Of a DNA stretch of 64,000 nt, positions 1 to 25,080 are shown piece by piece. The DNA comes from the human T2T-CHM13v2.0 reference genome, Homo sapiens, in the NCBI RefSeq assembly GCF_009914755.1, contig NC_060931.1; one strand, written 5' to 3'. Position 1 is the stretch's first letter. Every line of letters starts with the position of its first letter. The notes below the pieces were generated by a model. The model did not search any database. It saw only the letters and a list, made by a program, of their open reading frames with translations, and was not told the DNA's origin. Both the position numbers and the translations under genes were made by a program.

Positions 1-245
1 TCGATTATCTCATAGGTGTGATAGGTTCTCGTGAGCTCTTAAAAGTTTGCGTAAAATCCTAGAAAGAATGGCTGATGCTTCTGCAAGCCTGGCGTTTTTT
101 GTTTTCTGTTGGAAGCAAAAGCTCTTAAAATGATTTCATTGAACCTTCCATCACTTGAGTTGTATGTCTTCCAAATGAATTTTTCCATGTTTGCGCAGCA
201 AGGTAATGACACGACCTCAACTTTATCTTTTTTGTGTATCCTCAG

Positions 246-305
246 GAATGGGTAGCTCTCGAGAATCTAGAGGTGGATGGGATTCCCGGGATGACTTCAA
301 TTCTG
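246..305 (+). CDS. EIF4H: EIF4H exon 5 (60-nt cassette, GMGSSRESRGGWDSRDDFNS)
   Basis: tcctcag|GAATGG...TTCTG|gtatca; phase 1-1; this 20-aa segment distinguishes the long from the short eIF4H isoform. Confidence 0.95.
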
Positions 306-1196
306 GTATCAGTATTTAAAGTATCACCACTTAATTTTTCCTAGGAGCCTTGCTGCTGTTCTCTGTTTCTTACGAGTAGCCCGCCTGGCCGGACTACTTA
401 TTTAGTTCCTTTAACAAATACAACTCTCCTGCAGGGTGCCCAGGCATGCAAGTAAGCCTCTGTTAGAGCCTGTGGGGGCAGGACTTGAGCCCCATGCACC
501 TTGTGTGGTCACCTTTGTTAGCCTGCAGCTCCTTGGATGTGTACGGGCCTGGGTCCTTGAGCTCGCTCAGCAGTCTTTCTCAGACTCTAGCCCAGGGAAA
601 CTCCTCTGTGGTTTTGTGTATGGCACCAAGAGAAGTACTGTTCCTTCTGGAAAACATAGGATAGAGGTTTGGGTTCTTACATGGTGAAAGGTAGTCCTGA
701 TGGCCCTTTTTTTTCTTGGAGGATTGTGGGGAGGTCCAGTCCCTTGATGGTGGACCTGATGCACTTCGCCGTTCTCTTTCTTAGCCAACCCAGGCAGAGC
801 AGCTGGTGGTATAGCACAAAGCATCAGTCCACACGCCAGGCCTCTGCCCTGCAGGGTGATTTTAAGCATTTTTATCATCTTTACTTTCTGTTTTTAAATT
901 ACAAAAGTATAATTTTTTATATATGCACATGATAAAAACTTCAGTTGTAACCCAGAAAGGTAGGAAGAGAAAAACAAATTTGTTTTCTTTCCCGCAAACT
1001 TGGGATGTGCTGTCAATGCTGTGCTGTATAGAACGTCAGCACCCTCCCCCCATCAAAACAAAACCGGTGTAAAGTAGTGGGTGAGTATGGGAGGGACTGG
1101 TGCACGCTGTCTTGTGAGTCTGAGATTTTTAAAAACTCAGCTTTGGCTGAACAGGTGACGACTACCTGTTGAATAATATAGTTCTTAAAAGTCCTG

Positions 1197-1293
1197 TAGC
1201 CAGTCAGAAATGAGCTTATTCATAAAAGTGCAGTATGGTGAAGTCAATCTGTAATTTTATGTATAAGCTAGTCTCTGATTGAAACATGCAGCA
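1197..1293 (+). ncRNA. MIR590: pre-miR-590 hairpin (5p 1212-1233, 3p 1252-1272)
   Basis: Contains GAGCTTATTCATAAAAGTGCAG and TAATTTTATGTATAAGCTAGT, which pair as stem arms; lies in an EIF4H intron. Confidence 0.96.
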
Positions 1294-1596
1294 GCTGTCT
1301 TCTTAGAGCCAACCAGCAGCTCAGGGAACGGCCTTTCCCCTGCCAGTTTGGTATTCGCAGGTGTTATAGAAGTTGCCCACATACTAACGTCTTTCTACCC
1401 TTGGCTTAGCTTGGCCACTGGCGCTCAAGCAGAGACACAGTGAACACGGCCATGGCCTGGCCGCCACCAGTTCTGGTGGGAACTGCAGTGTTTTGGTGAC
1501 ATCTCAAACCCTATGTGGGCTCACTCGATGGAGTAATGGCTAATTTGATACTTTATACGTTATTTGCGAGAGTAGATCTTTTTTACTTTTTAATAG

Positions 1597-2131
<535 letters not shown>

Positions 2132-2532
2132 TGAGCTATTTGTTTCACGCTAGACATTGGTGGTCGAAATCATTTAATCTCATAGTAAAGGGTGTAAATT
2201 TACTTTGTACTCACGTGGAAAGGTACACTTCACAGTTTAGTTTGGGGGAAACGTGAAGTTAAATGTTTTAATACTAACTAGGCTTGTTCACTGAACTGTG
2301 TAATGTGGGTAAAATACTTTGTAAAGGACCTTATACTCGACTGTATGCCTCCCAGTGTATTTCCCCTAAAGCAGTGCTCTTATTGGTCTAAATCTGTTCA
2401 GACTTGCTTTCATTACTTGGTTTGTTAAAATTTATTATTTAACTCAGTCTCTGAACTGGGTGTGAGATCCCTTGGTTTCCAAAACCCTTGCCACCTTTAA
2501 AGAATAGAAATCGGCCCCCACCACAGGTGATG

Positions 2533-3447
<915 letters not shown>

Positions 3448-3598
3448 TATAGTGCATACTGCGGGCTCTGGGGGTTCTTCTCAAAGACAAGCTCCCTGAA
3501 AGCTTGGAGCCTTGGCACCACTCTCGCAGAGAGTAGCAGTGGCACCCCCTGAGTGCGCAACCAACAGCAGCAAGCTCATTTGTTTAATTATGGTTTAA

Positions 3599-3736
<138 letters not shown>

Positions 3737-4709
3737 TGAGTAGCTGGAACCCCAGGCGTGCGCCACCATGCCCAGCTAATTTTTGTGTTTTTTGTAGAGA
3801 GTGAGTCTCACTGTGTTGCCCAGTCTGGTCCTGAACTCCTATACTCACCTCCCACCTCAGCCTCCCAAAGTGCTGGGATTACAGGCGTGAACCAGTCTTT
3901 TTACCAAATTTTAACATCAGTAGGTTATACAGTTAAAGTTTAGCTTTCACTGAAGTACAAGCCTGAAGGCCCCTTAAGACCATTGAGAAAATACTCTTTC
4001 CTCCTACACACCAGTGGGAATTCAGCATTTCTAAATGAGATGCAGTTTACTTCTGCCAAGAGCCCACTTAGCAGGCACACAAATGAATGGGGAAAGAACG
4101 CTTTGCCCCCACAGGAGGCGCCGGTGGGGGTGAGGCGCTGTGCTCTCTGCTCATGCCCCTCTGTGTAGGGCATGGCCAATTTCGGATAACTGCTTTGTTT
4201 ACCACACAGGTGCTTTGCTTGTAGAATGGCCCACACCTAAAACGCAGCCAAAACAGGAAAATTGGGACTTTGTGTTTTTATTTTGTCTTCATATAGCGTT
4301 TTCTTGTGATTTTTGTGTTCTGAGTTGTAAATACTTCTAAATTTCAGGTTTATCTTTTAAAATAGCTGTATAGATTTCTATTAGAAAATAGAGTTCAACC
4401 TGCTTTGAGGCTTTCTTGTTTTGCTTAAGCCGTATTAAAATACAGTTTCGTGGTATTAATATTTTTCTACTTTTCATGCAAGCTGAGCATGTAAACAGCT
4501 CGTTTGTTTGCTCTCCTAAGATCTTGATTCCTTTTTCTTTGGGAAGTCTGTTAGCGCTGTCATTACTCCACACATTGGCATTTGGACCCACTTTTAACAC
4601 ACTTTATTTTGGAGAGACTTCAGATAGTGGACAAACTAAAGAATTTAAAATGAAACTCAAACAATTCCCAGAACATTATTCTATAAGCAGCTTGGAGACG
4701 ATAGTTTGA

Positions 4710-5308
<599 letters not shown>

Positions 5309-7072
5309 GCCTGCGGTTGGGAGGGAATGGGGCGTGGGGGGTTAGAGCAGGACCACAGCCTGGTGAGTCCCCGGGCAGCCGTCCTGCAGCCGCCACTCCT
5401 GCGCCTGCCATTGGCCTCCTCACAGCGGAAACACAGCTTGTGAGTGCATGTCAGCTGTTAACAAGTGGTTTTTAGTACATTCTGGGCTTTGCTGTATCTA
5501 TCTAGTGCCTGTTTGTGCGTTTTTTTCTTTCTTCCGCTGCTTCCCCATTTTCCTTCTGTCCTTTTTCTCCTGCTCCTTGTTTTCCCAGCAGCACATGGGG
5601 TTCCTCGGAGGAGCAGAGGTGGCCGCCGTGGGGGGGCGTTTGGGCTGCGGTGCTGCGTCATTTTTCCTTTGCTTTCTCTTTACTTTAGACACTGGCCCAA
5701 CTCCAGGCGTTTCCTTTCATTCCCTCAGTGCTTCTCTTCTGACCTGCATGTTGAGTTCTGTATTGCTGGGGCTTCCAACAAAAACCAGAGTCACTGACAG
5801 AGGGAACAGCAGAGACCTTGTTGGTATTCAGCTGTGATGGATATAGAGAATCAGAGGCACCTTGTTTTCACAACTAGGATAAAAATATCTGCAGGGTCCT
5901 TTCCATTCCTATTTAGAGGGAGTCCTGGCTCCATGACCCCCTCCCGAGTGGACTGTCCAAGCAGATAGGCTCACACGAGAAACAGTGAGGCTGAAAGGGG
6001 GGGCTATGGAAGAGCGGTAGGGAGTCCACGGAGAAGATGCAGTGAATGCTTGCATGCATTCACACGTGTGTGTGTCCCAGCTAGTTCACTCCTTTCGCCG
6101 TGCGTGGTGGAGGCTGGCCTCTCTGGCTGGGTGCAGTGAATGGCCAGCGGGTTTCTTTTCTGCTGGGCCAAGGCGCTTTGGGGGTGGAGGGGGTGGTGCT
6201 GGTGCTGCACTGGGCTGACTGCGGCGCTGACGCAGCGTTTCCCCCCATCCCTGTTGCCTGTGTGTTGTGTGGATCTGTTCCTAGTATAGGCAACATAATG
6301 AGATACTGTGCTTCCCACCTCCCCTTCAGTTCAGAGCCAAAATGGGTCTAGAATCTGGCACTTTACTCATTTCCTTTGATAAATTGTACTATGCAGAGCT
6401 GTCAGGAACCTTCAGATAGCAGTAGAGGACTGCAGCTGTCTAGGTCTGCGGCCACATCTTGGGGACACACTGGACTGTTCCCATGTGCAGGGTTCAGCAG
6501 TTATGTGGGAGTGCTAGGGGTTAGGCTTTTGAGCTTGAACGCCTGCGTGTGAACAGATGAAAAATCCTTCAGTACCCAAGTCCCAGTCTGTCCTATGGGG
6601 AGCAGTTTGGGGGCGGCCGGCAGCAGGAGCCTGGGAAAGAGGCCCTCGCCAGGTGATGGCAGGGCCAGGGTGGCCTGGGGCACCCAGCGGAATGTGCTTA
6701 GTATTTGGTCACCAGCCGTCATCCTGGGCTTTTCCTACTGTGTCTTGTTACAAGGCCTCAGCAATCCACAGAACTCTCTCTCCTTCCTTCCACCTGTCAG
6801 CTTCTCTGCTTCTGAGATAAGAACCATTTGTGTAACACCAACACTTAACTTCAGAAAGACATGCATTATGTGGTGTAATCAAACCCGATGCTTTCAGATG
6901 ACCTACTTACATCTTCAATGTGGATAAGATAAAGAACAAAACACATGCATCTAAACTGCTGGGCAATCCAGTTGACTTTTAAATGTAAGAATGGAATTCC
7001 AAACACTTAACACATTCAGCTATATGACAGAAAGTAAATCTATGGATATGGTATTTTGTGAATGATCTTTTA

Positions 7073-7078
7073 AATAAA
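7073..7078 (+). terminator. EIF4H: EIF4H polyadenylation signal
   Basis: AATAAA followed by a U-rich downstream element (~7105-7130). Confidence 0.85.
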
Positions 7079-7789
7079 AGAAAACCTTACGTAATATTTA
7101 ATGCTTGCCTTTATTTTTGAGTTCTTTTTAGCTGCTCATGGAATGTAACAATTTTAAATTTGGGAAGCACCATTGAAATGGAAGAGTCTTCCTGTCATTT
7201 TAATTCTGGGATGAGTGAAGTTATTTTAAAAGCTGGTGATGATTAGAAATAGGATGCCAATTTTTTCCCCTCACTTGCTAAAAATGTCCTTTTCCCAACC
7301 AGGCAGAAACCTTGAAAGTCTGGCTGTTTTTGGTTAGGTAAAGGAACATTTTTTTCCCAAGATGGAAGAAATCAAGCATTTACACAACATGTGTCTTCTT
7401 TTAACAACTGCATGTAAACGAAATTCTAGGTGCCCCTCATGGCTGGGAGGGCTGCTGCTTCCTGACAGCAGATCCTGACTCTGGGGAGGTGCTGCTATAG
7501 GTTGGTATTGGATAGTGTTAAAATTGACTTAGGCAGACAAAGAAGAGCTGAGTGGGCAAGGTGCGGGGCATGAATGCGTGTTTGGCAAAGTCCTGGCTGA
7601 CTTTGGAAGGGCCTGGCCAAGGCAGACCTTGCCTACCTTGAGGTAGGAGCATTGTCTGGTGATGGAGGACCCCGGACCACGACTAAATTTTAGTAAGGCA
7701 GGCAAGGGCTGTTCAGGTGGGAGCCTAGAGTAACTCTTTTGCTTCAACTACTTTCTACCCAAGAGTAGGTGGTAGAGAGGACCGGTGTT

Positions 7790-10936
<3,147 letters not shown>

Positions 10937-10957
10937 TTGTGTGTGTGTGTGTGTGTG

Positions 10958-13030
<2,073 letters not shown>

Positions 13031-13291
13031 TATATCACAGTTCAAAAAAATAATGTAATATACCAAAAACGATTGAGTTGTGGGGAAAAAAAAATATAAG
13101 TGCACTAGAATTTATGCAACTGAACAGGAACTGTCTAGTTTGTTGTCTTTTTTTTTTTTTTTTTTGAGACAGGGTGTCATTCTGTCACCCAGGCTGCAGT
13201 TCAGTGGCGTGATCTCGGCTCACTGCAACCTCCACCTCCCGGGTTCAAGCGTCAGCCTCCCGAGTATCTGGGATTTACAGGCGCAGCCGTG

Positions 13292-13340
13292 CATTGAAAG
13301 TAATGGTAAAAACCACAATTACTTTTGTGCCAACCTAATA
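13292..13340. mobile_element. Half MADE1 (mariner-derived MITE)
   Basis: AAAGTAATGGTAAAAACCACAATTACTTTTGTGCCAACCTAATA matches one arm/TIR of MADE1. Confidence 0.75.
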
Positions 13341-13570
13341 CCATCCCACACCAGTGTCCCACAGTCACACCCCCCCTTGTGGTTAAACTTTCTCTCAGCA
13401 GCTGTTGAAAAGTTTTTCCTCTCTCCGATAATTCTGCTGATGGCCGCAAGCATTGGGCTTCTGTTTTCTGTGGCAGGAGCAGTTCTGCTCTTAAAAGGGA
13501 AGGATGTCCCAGGCAACTTTAGGGATATGGGTTTAAAAAAATGTTTTAAAGGGAAGGCTTAGGTGCGTTA

Positions 13571-15925
<2,355 letters not shown>

Positions 15926-15967
15926 GCATATGAGGTCCTTTCACAGACCATTTCCCTCCAGCACCTA

Positions 15968-16141
<174 letters not shown>

Positions 16142-16638
16142 TTAAAATGAGCCAAGCACAGTGGCCTGCACCTGTAGTCCCACCTACAGGCGAGGCAGAG
16201 GTGGAAGGATCACTTGAGCCCGAGAGTTGGAGGCTGCAGTGAGCTATGATCTTGCCGCTGCACTCCAGCATAGGTGACAGAGCAAGACCCTGTCAAAAAA
16301 AAACAAAAACAAACAAACAAAAAACAAAAACCAGAACAGACTGGGTGCAGTGTAATCCCGGCACTCTGGGAGGCCGAGCAGGCAGATTACTTGAATCCAG
16401 GAGTTTGAGACCAGCCTGGCCAACATAGTGAAACCCCGTCTGTACTAAAAGTACAAAAAATTAGCCGGGCGTGGTGGCAGGTGTATGTAATCCCAACTAC
16501 TCAGGAGGCTGAAGCAGGAGAATTGCTTGAACCCGGGAGGCAGAGTTTGCAGTGAGCCGAGATCGCCGCACCGCTCTCCAGCCTGGGTGACCAAGCAAGA
16601 CCCCATCTAAAAAAAAAAAATGAGAAAAAAAGAAAGAA

Positions 16639-16793
16639 AAAGAACAGCAGGTAAGTCCTGTCCAGGTGCATAGTCTGGGGCTGGAGGGAAACAGATGCAG
16701 GTTTGTTCCCATTGTGTGAGGAGGAGCCAGTCAGGGGGTCCCAGCAAGGAAGCCAGGCTTTGGCCTCTGGGTTCAAATCCAGCTTCACCTCTG
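16639..16793 (+). repeat. ~155-bp direct repeat, copy 1
   Basis: Closely similar to 17606-17760. Confidence 0.9.
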
Positions 16794-17032
16794 TGAGCCT
16801 CTGTCTTCTTACCGGTTACCGTGGGAAGGAAACGTGGTCCTGAATCCAGTGCACTTGGCATTGCTGGATGGAACAAGGGAGGGTGGCGGTTGCTCGCACA
16901 GGCACAGGTCTGGGCGTCTGATGGCCCTAGCTTCAGTCCTAGTCCGGCCACAGAGGGAGGCAGGGTGAGCTCCTGACACGGACGCCTGCAGAATCTCTCA
17001 GAACCGGTCTCTGGAGCATGTGCTACCCTCCT

Positions 17033-17051
17033 TGTCCACGAGGTGGCAGCA
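17033..17051 (+). promoter_or_regulatory. Candidate CTCF site
   Basis: TGTCCACGAGGTGGCAGCA closely fits the CCASYAGRKGGCRS core and lies in a CpG-rich patch. Confidence 0.6.
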
Positions 17052-17411
17052 GCGGGCCTAGCCGCTCGTCTCCGCGGCCACCTCTTTCTGGCCAGGCCGG
17101 GACACCGCGGCCAAGGCTAAAAGAGAAACCTAGCCCCAAGCTGAGAGTGGGACCCCAGAGCCAGGGTCCCAGGCCTAGAGGCGTCCAGGACTGGGGGCCA
17201 AGGTTCTGAAATGCCAGACATATAGGAGGTGGGGGACCGTCATGCTCTTCCCTGGTGTCTCCAGCAGGTGGGATAAACACCGGGTTCAATGGGACCAGGC
17301 GCGGTGGCCTCACGCCTGTAATCCCTGCACTTTGGGAGGCTGAGGATGGAGGATCGCTTAAGGCCAGGAGTTCAAGACCAGCCTGGGCAACATAGTGAGA
17401 CCTTGTCTCTA

Positions 17412-17760
<349 letters not shown>

Positions 17761-18463
17761 GACCGAGTGAGACCCTGTCTCAAAAAAAAAAAAAAAAAGC
17801 AGGCGAGGAATAGAGACAGAGGGTCAGACAGCAAGAGTCCCAGAGGATGAGACAGATGGACACAGAGACAAAGGATGCGGGATGTAGGTGGGCAGGGCAG
17901 GGACAGAGAGACCCCTGCAGAGGCCACGAGGGCAGGGCAGATGGAACAAGTGACCAAAGACAGGTGGAGGAGTGGACGGCACGAGTGTCAGAGGCTGCAG
18001 ACAGCGAGGGCGCTAAAGGGTGGGAGAAGGAAGGAGAGCCCTGCTCCACCCCAGCCTTGGGGGTCTCATCACCCCACTGCACAGATGAGGCTCCTGGCAT
18101 CGGGGTGCAGAGAACGGCTCATAGCACAGGCAGAGGGACCACAGCCCACTCCTGCCCAGCGGTGCTCCTGTGCCCAGCCCTGGGGTGGACACCGTGGCTG
18201 CCATCCACACAGACATGAGGACCGAGTGAGATAGTTCCCTGTGGAGGCCAGGATGCTCTGGCACCTGAGGTCAATAAAGCCACATCCCACAAGTGGGTGG
18301 ACTGCCTTGTGCTATTGACCATTAAACAGCTGCCCAAGGCCATTGAGCTATTAATTAAATAATAATTATTATTATTTTAAATTTTTTTGTTGTGTTTTTT
18401 GGGTTTTTTTGTTTTTGTTTTGTTTTTTTGAGATGGAGTCTCGCTCTGTTGTCCAGGCTGTAG

Positions 18464-18643
<180 letters not shown>

Positions 18644-18984
18644 TAAATAAGGTGATCCACCTGCCTTGGCCTCCCAAAGTGCTGGGATTACAGATGTGAG
18701 CCACCACGCCCGGCCTATTTATTGTTTTTACAGACAGACAGGGTCTTGCTGTCCCCCAGGCTGGAGTGCAGTGGCAGAGTCACGGCTCACTGCAGCCTCC
18801 AACTCTTGGGCTCAAGAAATCCTCCCGTTTTGGCCTCCCAAAACACTGGGACTACAGGTGTGTGCCACCACACCCAGCTAATTAAAAAAATTTTTTTAGA
18901 GATGGGGTCTCGTTCTGTTGTCCAGGCTGGTCTCAAATTCCTGTTCTCAAGCGATCCTCCTGCCTCAGCCTCCAAAAATGTTAG

Positions 18985-19534
<550 letters not shown>

Positions 19535-19758
19535 TGACCTGCCTGCCTTGGCCTCCCAAAGTGCTGGGATTACAGGCATGAGCCACCGCGCCCGGCCCAT
19601 GGGTGTGAATTTCTGCCTGTGTGTGTCTTTTTAGCGTATGTGTGTCTCCATATCTGCCATCTGCAGGAGCACCTCAGTTTCATTATCTTGCTCCCTGTCT
19701 ATTGGAGTGTATCTCTCTTCCTCTCTGTGTGACTTTTTGTGTTTATGTGTGTGTTTAG

Positions 19759-20289
<531 letters not shown>

Positions 20290-20292
<3 letters not shown>

Positions 20293-20374
20293 GTGTCAGT
20301 GGTGTTGGCATCAGCTTGGGCAGGTGTGCGGGCTCAGGATGGGGCGGCCGTGGTGAGGAACCCTGGACTCTCAG
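20290..20374 (+). other. LAT2: LAT2 exon 1 (non-coding; start approximate)
   Basis: Strong donor CAG|GTAAGC at 20374/20375, downstream of the promoter motifs. Confidence 0.75.
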
Positions 20375-20971
20375 GTAAGCCTTTCCCAGGGGTGCCTCAG
20401 TCCTCAGGCTGTCCCCCATCCCCCAGGAGCTCCTGGCCCCACTGGGTGGGGTGGGAAGAGGCCTGGATGCCTGGCGCCCCCTCCCGCAGCCCCACTCTCA
20501 CCCTGGCACCAGGCTCTGTGGCACTTCAGGGGTCAGTTTGTTTCTGGGCTTCTGGCCACTCTCTTGCCCTTGCCTTCCCCTGTCCAGCCTGTGTAGCCTT
20601 GGGACATCCCAGGGTGGTCCCATCATTGCCAGAGACTGGTGAAGTAAGTGGCCGAGAGCCAAAACAGTGGCTGCCCTGGCCTGGGAGCCTCGGTTTCCTC
20701 ATCCGTGAAATGGGACTGTAACCCCCTACACAGGTCAGGGGAAAACGGTGGGATTACAGGCCAGGGCCCAGGTCTTGCCCCAGGTCAGGTGAAGAACCCC
20801 CACTGCCTCCCTGCCCAGCCCCCTACCTGGCCCTCAACTCTGTCCCTGGGACCAGGGCTGCTCAGGCCCCTCCTGCACCCGCCCGCCTCCCTCTCTCCCT
20901 CCCAGCTAGGCTCATTTGAAGCCCAGAGTTATTTGGAAAAAGCAACAGGACCAGCCGGGCACGGTGGCTCA

Positions 20972-21103
<132 letters not shown>

Positions 21104-21524
21104 CTAAATGAAAAAACCAACAGACCCCAGAGCAGAGTCCAGTGGATAAAGCCATCCAGGGCTTCAAGCCAGGCTGCCCCCTCCCCAACCCCAGTGTCCC
21201 CAACCACAGCTCAGCTCGGAGAAGGCTGGGAGAACCGGCAGGGTGGTCTCGAGCGTCCTTCCAGGCGGGATTCAGACACTGTAGCTCCTCCAGCCCAGCC
21301 CCGAGAACTTCCCCGAAGCCAGCTCTTGGCAATCGTTGTTCATATGAAAACTGCCCACTTCCCTTTAGTGCTATTTTGGCCTCTGCAGAACCGTGGTCTG
21401 TGGCAGCCCCCACTCCCCACCCCGCCCAGCCCTGCCGGCCCCTGGGGGCCTCAGAGGGTCCACCCTCCGCTCCCTCCACCTCAGCCCACCTGCTTTCAGA
21501 ACCTGGATGGGAGAGTGAAAGTGA

Positions 21525-21948
<424 letters not shown>

Positions 21949-22217
21949 TAGCCAGGATGGTCTCAATCTCCTGACTTTGTGATCTGCCTGCCTCGGCCTC
22001 CCAAAGTGCTGGGATTACAGGTGTGAGCCACCGTGCCTGGCCTAATTTTTTATTTTTAGTAGAGACAGGGTTTCACCATGTTGGCCAGGCTGGTCTTGAA
22101 CTCCTGACCTCAGATGATTTGCCCGCCTCAGCCTCCCAAAGTGTTGGGATTACAGGTGTGAACTACCGCACCCGGCCAACAGCGCAGGATGTATTCAGTC
22201 TGGGGGCAGACACATGA

Positions 22218-22412
<195 letters not shown>

Positions 22413-23926
22413 TAGAGACAGGGCCTTGTTACATCGTCCATGCTGGTCTCGAACTCCTGGCCTCAAGCGATCCTCCTGTCTCGGCCTCCCAGTGTTGAGA
22501 TTACAGGCGTCAGCCACCACGCCCAGCCTGATCCCATTTTATTTATTCATTTATTTAATTTATTATTATTATTATTATTATTTTGAGATGGAGTCTCACT
22601 CTGTCTCCCATGCTGGAGTGCACTGGCGTGATCTCAGCTCACTGCAACTCACTGCCTCCTGAGTTCAAGTGATTCTCATGCCTCAGCCTCCCAAGTAGCT
22701 GGAATTACAGGCTTGCACCTCCACGCCTGGCTAATTTTTGTATTTCTAGTAGAAACAGGGTTTCACCATGTTGGCCAAGCTGGTCTCAAACTCAAGTGAT
22801 CCTCCTGTCTCAGCCTCCCAAAGTATTGGGATTACAGGTGTGAGTCCCTGTACCCAGCCCGACCTCATTTTATAGATGAGAAAACTGAGGCGGGGGGCTC
22901 TCAGGCAGAGGCTAGATTTGGTCCCATGAGCCCTCCTGCAAGACAAGTTGCTCCAACCTCACAAGCCTGAGATGAACTTGGGCCATGCTGGAGGGGTTGG
23001 GGGTACACCCCGGGTTGGGGGCACTGAGGCAAGGAGAGTTTCGAGGAGGGAGAAGGGCAGTGCCCAGGCGGGCCATGGGGAAGAGAGAGCAGAGCTTTCC
23101 TCGGACAACCTCCCGGGGTGACGTGGGTCGTGCCAGTCACACGGCTCAGAAATTCACTTGTTCCCACTGACTCACTTGGCTTTTGGGGAGAGGCCTGGTG
23201 GCTTCTCTGTGATGCGCCTCTTACAGAGGCTCAGGGCCGCATGGAGATTCCCTGTCATCTTACCGCAGGGATTTGGGAAGTCCAGAGAGGTCCTGAGACT
23301 TGTCCAAAGCCACACAGCTTTCAAGGGGGACAGCCCAGGTCCTGGTGGACCTCAGGGGGATCCCAAGGCAGGAGGTAGGCAGCCTGGAGCTCCTCCATTA
23401 TTATTATTATTATTATTGAGATAGAGTTTCGCTCTTGTTGCCCAGGCTGGATGGAGTGCAGTGGCGTGATCTCAGCTCACTGCAACCTCCACCTCCTTGG
23501 TTCAAGCAATTCTCTGCCTCAGCCTCCTGAGTAGCTGGGATTACAGGCGCCCACCACCACACCTGGCTAATTTTTTGTATTCTTTTTTAGTAGACACAGG
23601 GTTTCACCATCTTGGCCAGGCTGGTCTTGAACTCCTGACCTCATGAACCACCCGCCTCAGCCTCCCAAAGTGTTGGGATTACAGGCATGAGCCACTGTGC
23701 CCGGCCATTTTTTTTTTTTTTTTTTTTTTGAGATGGAGTCTCGCTCTGTTGCCCAGGCTGGAGTGCAGTGGCATGATCTCGGCCCACTGCAACCTCCACC
23801 TCCTAGGTTCAAGTGATTCTCTTGCCTCAGACTCCTGATTAGCTGGGATCACAGGCGTGTGCCACCACACCCGGCTAATTTTTGTATTTTTAGTAGAGAT
23901 GGGGTTTCACCATGTTGGTCAGGCTA

Positions 23927-24034
<108 letters not shown>

Positions 24035-24318
24035 TTACTGCTCCAAGCCTCACCTTCCCCAGCTGTGGGATGGGGAGAAGCCCTCCTCACTGGTGGCCAG
24101 GGTGGGAAGAACACGGCGGGTGGGGGAGAGTGGACACTCGGGAGTGTTGGCTCCACAAATGCCCACCATACTCAACCCCTTCAGAGACCCCACCACCCTC
24201 AACTCTGTCCCCAGCCATCTCCAGGGGGCCAGGTCTCCTTATTATTATTTTTTGAAACGGAGTCTCACTCTGTTGCCCAGGCTGGAGTGCAGTAGCATGA
24301 TCACAGCTCACTGCAGCC

Positions 24319-25080
24319 ATATATATGTATATATATATATATATGAAAAAATATATATAAATATATATATATGAAAAAATATATATAAATATATATATGA
24401 AAATATATATATAAATATATATATGAAAATATATATATGAAAATATATATAAATATATATATGAAAATATATATGAAAATATATATATGAAAATATATAT
24501 GAAAATATATATATAAATATATATATATGAAAATATATATATAAATATATATATGAAAATATATATATAAATATATATATGAAAATATATATATAAATAT
24601 ATATATGAAAATATATATATAAATATATATATATGAAAATATATATATATATATATATGAACATATATATATAAATATATATATATGAACATATATATAT
24701 AAATATATATATGAAAATATATATATAAATATATATATATGAAAATATATATATAAATATATATATATGAAAATATATATAAATATATATATGAAAATAT
24801 ATATATATATGAAAATATATATATAAATATATATATATGAAAATATATATATAAATATATATATATATGAAAATATATATATAAATATATATATATATGA
24901 AAATATATATATAAATATATATATATATGAAAATATATATATATGAAAATATATATATATGAAAATATATATATAAATATATATATGAAAATAATATATA
25001 TAAATATATATAAATATATATAAAAATATAAATATATATAAAAATATATAAATATATATATATAAACATATATATATAAA

